DNA from: Oikopleura dioica
Lineage: Eukaryota; Animalia; Chordata
Reading direction: 5' to 3'
DNA length: 64,000 bases
NCBI GenBank assembly: GCA_907165135.1
Contig: OU015567.1
Location: forward strand, 1,674,001-1,738,000
This document shows positions 61,437 through 64,000 of the stretch, in pieces. Numbering within the stretch: the first letter of the stretch is position 1; every line of letters starts with the position of its first letter. The notes under the pieces are model-generated. The model had not been told where the DNA came from, made no database searches, and was given only the letters and a program-made list of their open reading frames with translations. A program made the position numbers and the translations under genes.

Positions 61437-61828
61437 AGAAAGAAAACAATCATTCGCGAGGAAAAATCGCTTACCTGTCTGCTTTCATTTCTGCAACTAT
61501 CAAGCTTTCATGAATATAAATAATAAAAACTCCAATTTAATATTGAGTCTTTCTTCAGATTTAAATAAAAGCAGGTCTTCTTTGGAAAATATTGATTGTC
61601 CTTGTTTCAACTGAGATGTTTCTGAAAGATCTCCTCGATCTCCAGGAACTATATTTTGTCAAAAGAATCTTTCTCAAAAGAAATTCCGGAAATCTCCGGT
61701 CTCCCAAATCCGCTACTTATATCCTGAAACCATAGCGCTTTCAATTCCTGTATTATCCACGACAAGTGCTTATTTTAGACAGTCAAATTAGATCGTTGAA
61801 TTTTAATTTCAAAATAATAAAGTTGTCT

Positions 61829-63115
61829 TTAGAAAAATTGGAAGAAAGCAAGAGCAAGAACTGTGAGTGAAGCAAAAGTCGACAAAGCGGAGGAAACAGC
61901 AGTGTAGAGCGTAATTTCGCGGCCTTCGACTGGCTGGACGTTTCGGAAGTTTTTGACGAGGGAAGTGTCGCTTGAGTCTTTGGTCATCACCTGAAGGATT
62001 AAGTCGGCTGAAGATTTTATTGAATAAGACTTACAATCATGTGATCGTAGGTTTCTTTGCTGATGGTGATCGGGTCAACAAAAACTGTCTGAAAAATTAT
62101 TTTACTAAGATGCTCAAAATAATAGATAATATAGTCATACGATATAGTTCCATCAAATGAAATACCCAAACAACGGCTTCTTGGCATTTAGGAGTAGTCA
62201 GACTTCCAAGATATCTTAAATAAATAAAATCAGGAAAATAAAACGAAGTTGAAAGTTACCGGAAAAATTGAGAAGTGTCAGCATTGTTGACAAAGAGTTC
62301 CATCAAGCTCTTATCCTGAGGATTGACCTGTGCGTCCATTTCTTGAACATTTTCGTCGACGTCCTTTTTGATCAATCGATCGAGCTCATGGTCATCTAGA
62401 AGCATTTTCTTGCTAAGAAATAATTGTTTTTTTTTCTTACCTGAAGCGTCGTTTTCGCTCTCTTTTTCGATGAAAAATCCAAGAACTGCGAGCCCATCAC
62501 CTTTCCCGACGGCTTCGTCAAAAGAATTACAGACTTAGTTAAGATGCAGGATCCTTTCGATAAGACCTACCCCATATTTCGTGTTCCAGTGAACAAGATG
62601 AGCTTCAGCATCGAACTGCTTATCATCCATTTCGTGTTCAGAACCAGGCTCAGAATCGCTGCCCCAGTGAATATGCCAAGAGTGGAACTTGTAGTTGTCA
62701 TCGTCGCCGAAGGTGTCGCTGTGCATGTGCATACTGTAAACAATTGTTTATATCCTTCATCATTTTAAAAATTTACTCAGTGTTGGTAGTCGCGACGATG
62801 GAATGACCGTTATTTGCAATTGTCCAATCTGCCTTTTCATCGTAATTTTTGAATTTCCATGCCCCCGCGGCTTTGGCGGTTGCAGTTATCGTTTCTGAGA
62901 TTTCTTACAAACGAAATTTTTTATATATACTTACGAAGATTAATTGGAGACTGACGAGTTCCATTTACGCATTTCTCATCGTTCCAGCTATCTCCCTGGT
63001 CTTTATCAGCATAAAAAATAAGCTGCCAAAAATTTGATCCTCTTTCTTTTTATACCATTCCTTCATAACCCCAATCGGCAGCTTGAGTTACCGCTAGAAT
63101 GCTAAACACTTTCAT
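61829..63115 (-). CDS. Alpha carbonic anhydrase, secreted and probably GPI-anchored
   Basis: Signal peptide + WGY, QSPIN, NNGHS, HIHWG...GSEH, EAHLVHWN, GLAVLGFF, YLGSLTTPKC and a hydrophobic C-terminus. Confidence 0.92.
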
Positions 63116-63628
63116 CTCTTGAGTTTTTTATTCTTTCAAAAGTTTGAACTTTCAAAAACTTAAAAATAAAAGTCTCAAAACCTCTCGACGGGCTCAATTT
63201 CTGAGTGAGTGAGCAAGTCCTTTTCAAAAATTGAAAGTCGAAAAAATTTCGCTCTGGTGGCGCCCCAAAGATTTTTATCGGGCGCTTCTCGATTGAGATG
63301 TTTTTGCTGAGGACAAAATCGTTCGTTATTTTTTTTTTCTTGGGAGTCGGGGTGAAACCACAGGGTCTTTTCAGGAGTAAGAAAGAATGGGCGAAGCAGC
63401 TTTCAGCAGAGGGAACAAAGATGGGGCTTCGTTCATAAATGCCCTTGGTGGAATTTGCTGTTTCTAGGTCAAGTTCAGATTTTCGGAATCAGATGCAAAA
63501 CGTCGACGAGTTTCATTCGAAACGTATCTGCGAGAGTCAAGTTCTGCCTATCGATTTCTTGGGCATCAAAAATTCATCGTGCTTACACTTTGCGCTAGAA
63601 TCGATTCCAACCATGATTTGTAGAAATC

Positions 63629-64000
63629 ATGCTAAAGATTCTCTATCTTCTGAGTTTTTCCTTTGCCAATTCCGAAGTTTGTGAGCTTTTTGAATGGATA
63701 AAAACCGAGCAGAGAAGCTATATTCTGGCAGAGATTGGGTCGAAGTTGGAGATTGACTGTACTTCTTCCTGGGGAAAGGGAGAGATCTTCAAGTCAGGAG
63801 TAGAGGAGAAAATCAACCACGAAGTCCTCCAAATCGAGAATCTCGAACTCCATCATTTCGGCGAATATATATGCAGAGCAGAATGCGGCGGGGTAGTGAA
63901 ATGGAAAAGCATCAAAGTTGAGCGACAAAAGCGATTCTTCAGAAGGCCCGATGTGCAAATTGGCTACAAACTCGTATCAAAAGAAGGAGAGAACTTTACG
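63629..64000 (+). CDS. Ig-domain cell-surface/secreted protein, 5' part (runs off the window)
   Basis: MLKILYLLSFSFA signal; LEIDC...LQIENLELHHFGEYICRA Ig pattern. Confidence 0.65.
   Translation, partial: MLKILYLLSFSFANSEVCELFEWIKTEQRSYILAEIGSKLEIDCTSSWGKGEIFKSGVEEKINHEVLQIENLELHHFGEYICRAECGGVVKWKSIKVERQKRFFRRPDVQIGYKLVSKEGENFT

Noticed and set aside
1-64000. Prokaryotic systems (CRISPR, defence islands) or an autonomous transposase/reverse transcriptase
   Set aside because: The window is intron-rich eukaryotic DNA; I saw no repeat-spacer array and no DDE or RT motifs.

Overview
This is eukaryotic, very compact, AT-rich DNA with dense genes, mostly 35-120 nt introns, several GA-AG introns, and many secreted ZP, mucin and cysteine-rich proteins. 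The pattern best fits a larvacean tunicate such as Oikopleura (inference, not database-checked). Recognisable genes are two ZP-domain genes, CIA30/NDUFAF1-like, a discoidin-domain gene, a TSP1-mucin, a CCP+mucin+bacterial-type propeller protein, an SMB-mucin, tRNA-Ser(GCT), a class B1 GPCR, LRGUK with a complete CDK2AP gene nested antisense in an intron, SLCO, IDH2, an IFI44-like P-loop protein, a ZDHHC9/14/18-type palmitoyltransferase, a short CREB-type bZIP, three paralogous secreted proteins, an alpha carbonic anhydrase and the start of an Ig-domain gene. There are also at least six non-autonomous DNA-transposon families. The best leads are: two tandem orphan genes starting with a histone H3-tail-like motif (QVARKSVG), possibly in an operon behind IDH2; two 41-nt introns that are inverted copies of each other and resemble a transposon end; a hAT MITE inside a coding exon; an AP-1-site-bearing palindromic MITE family; and a probable horizontally acquired propeller domain. 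Exon structures were assembled by eye and gene ends are approximate where stated.
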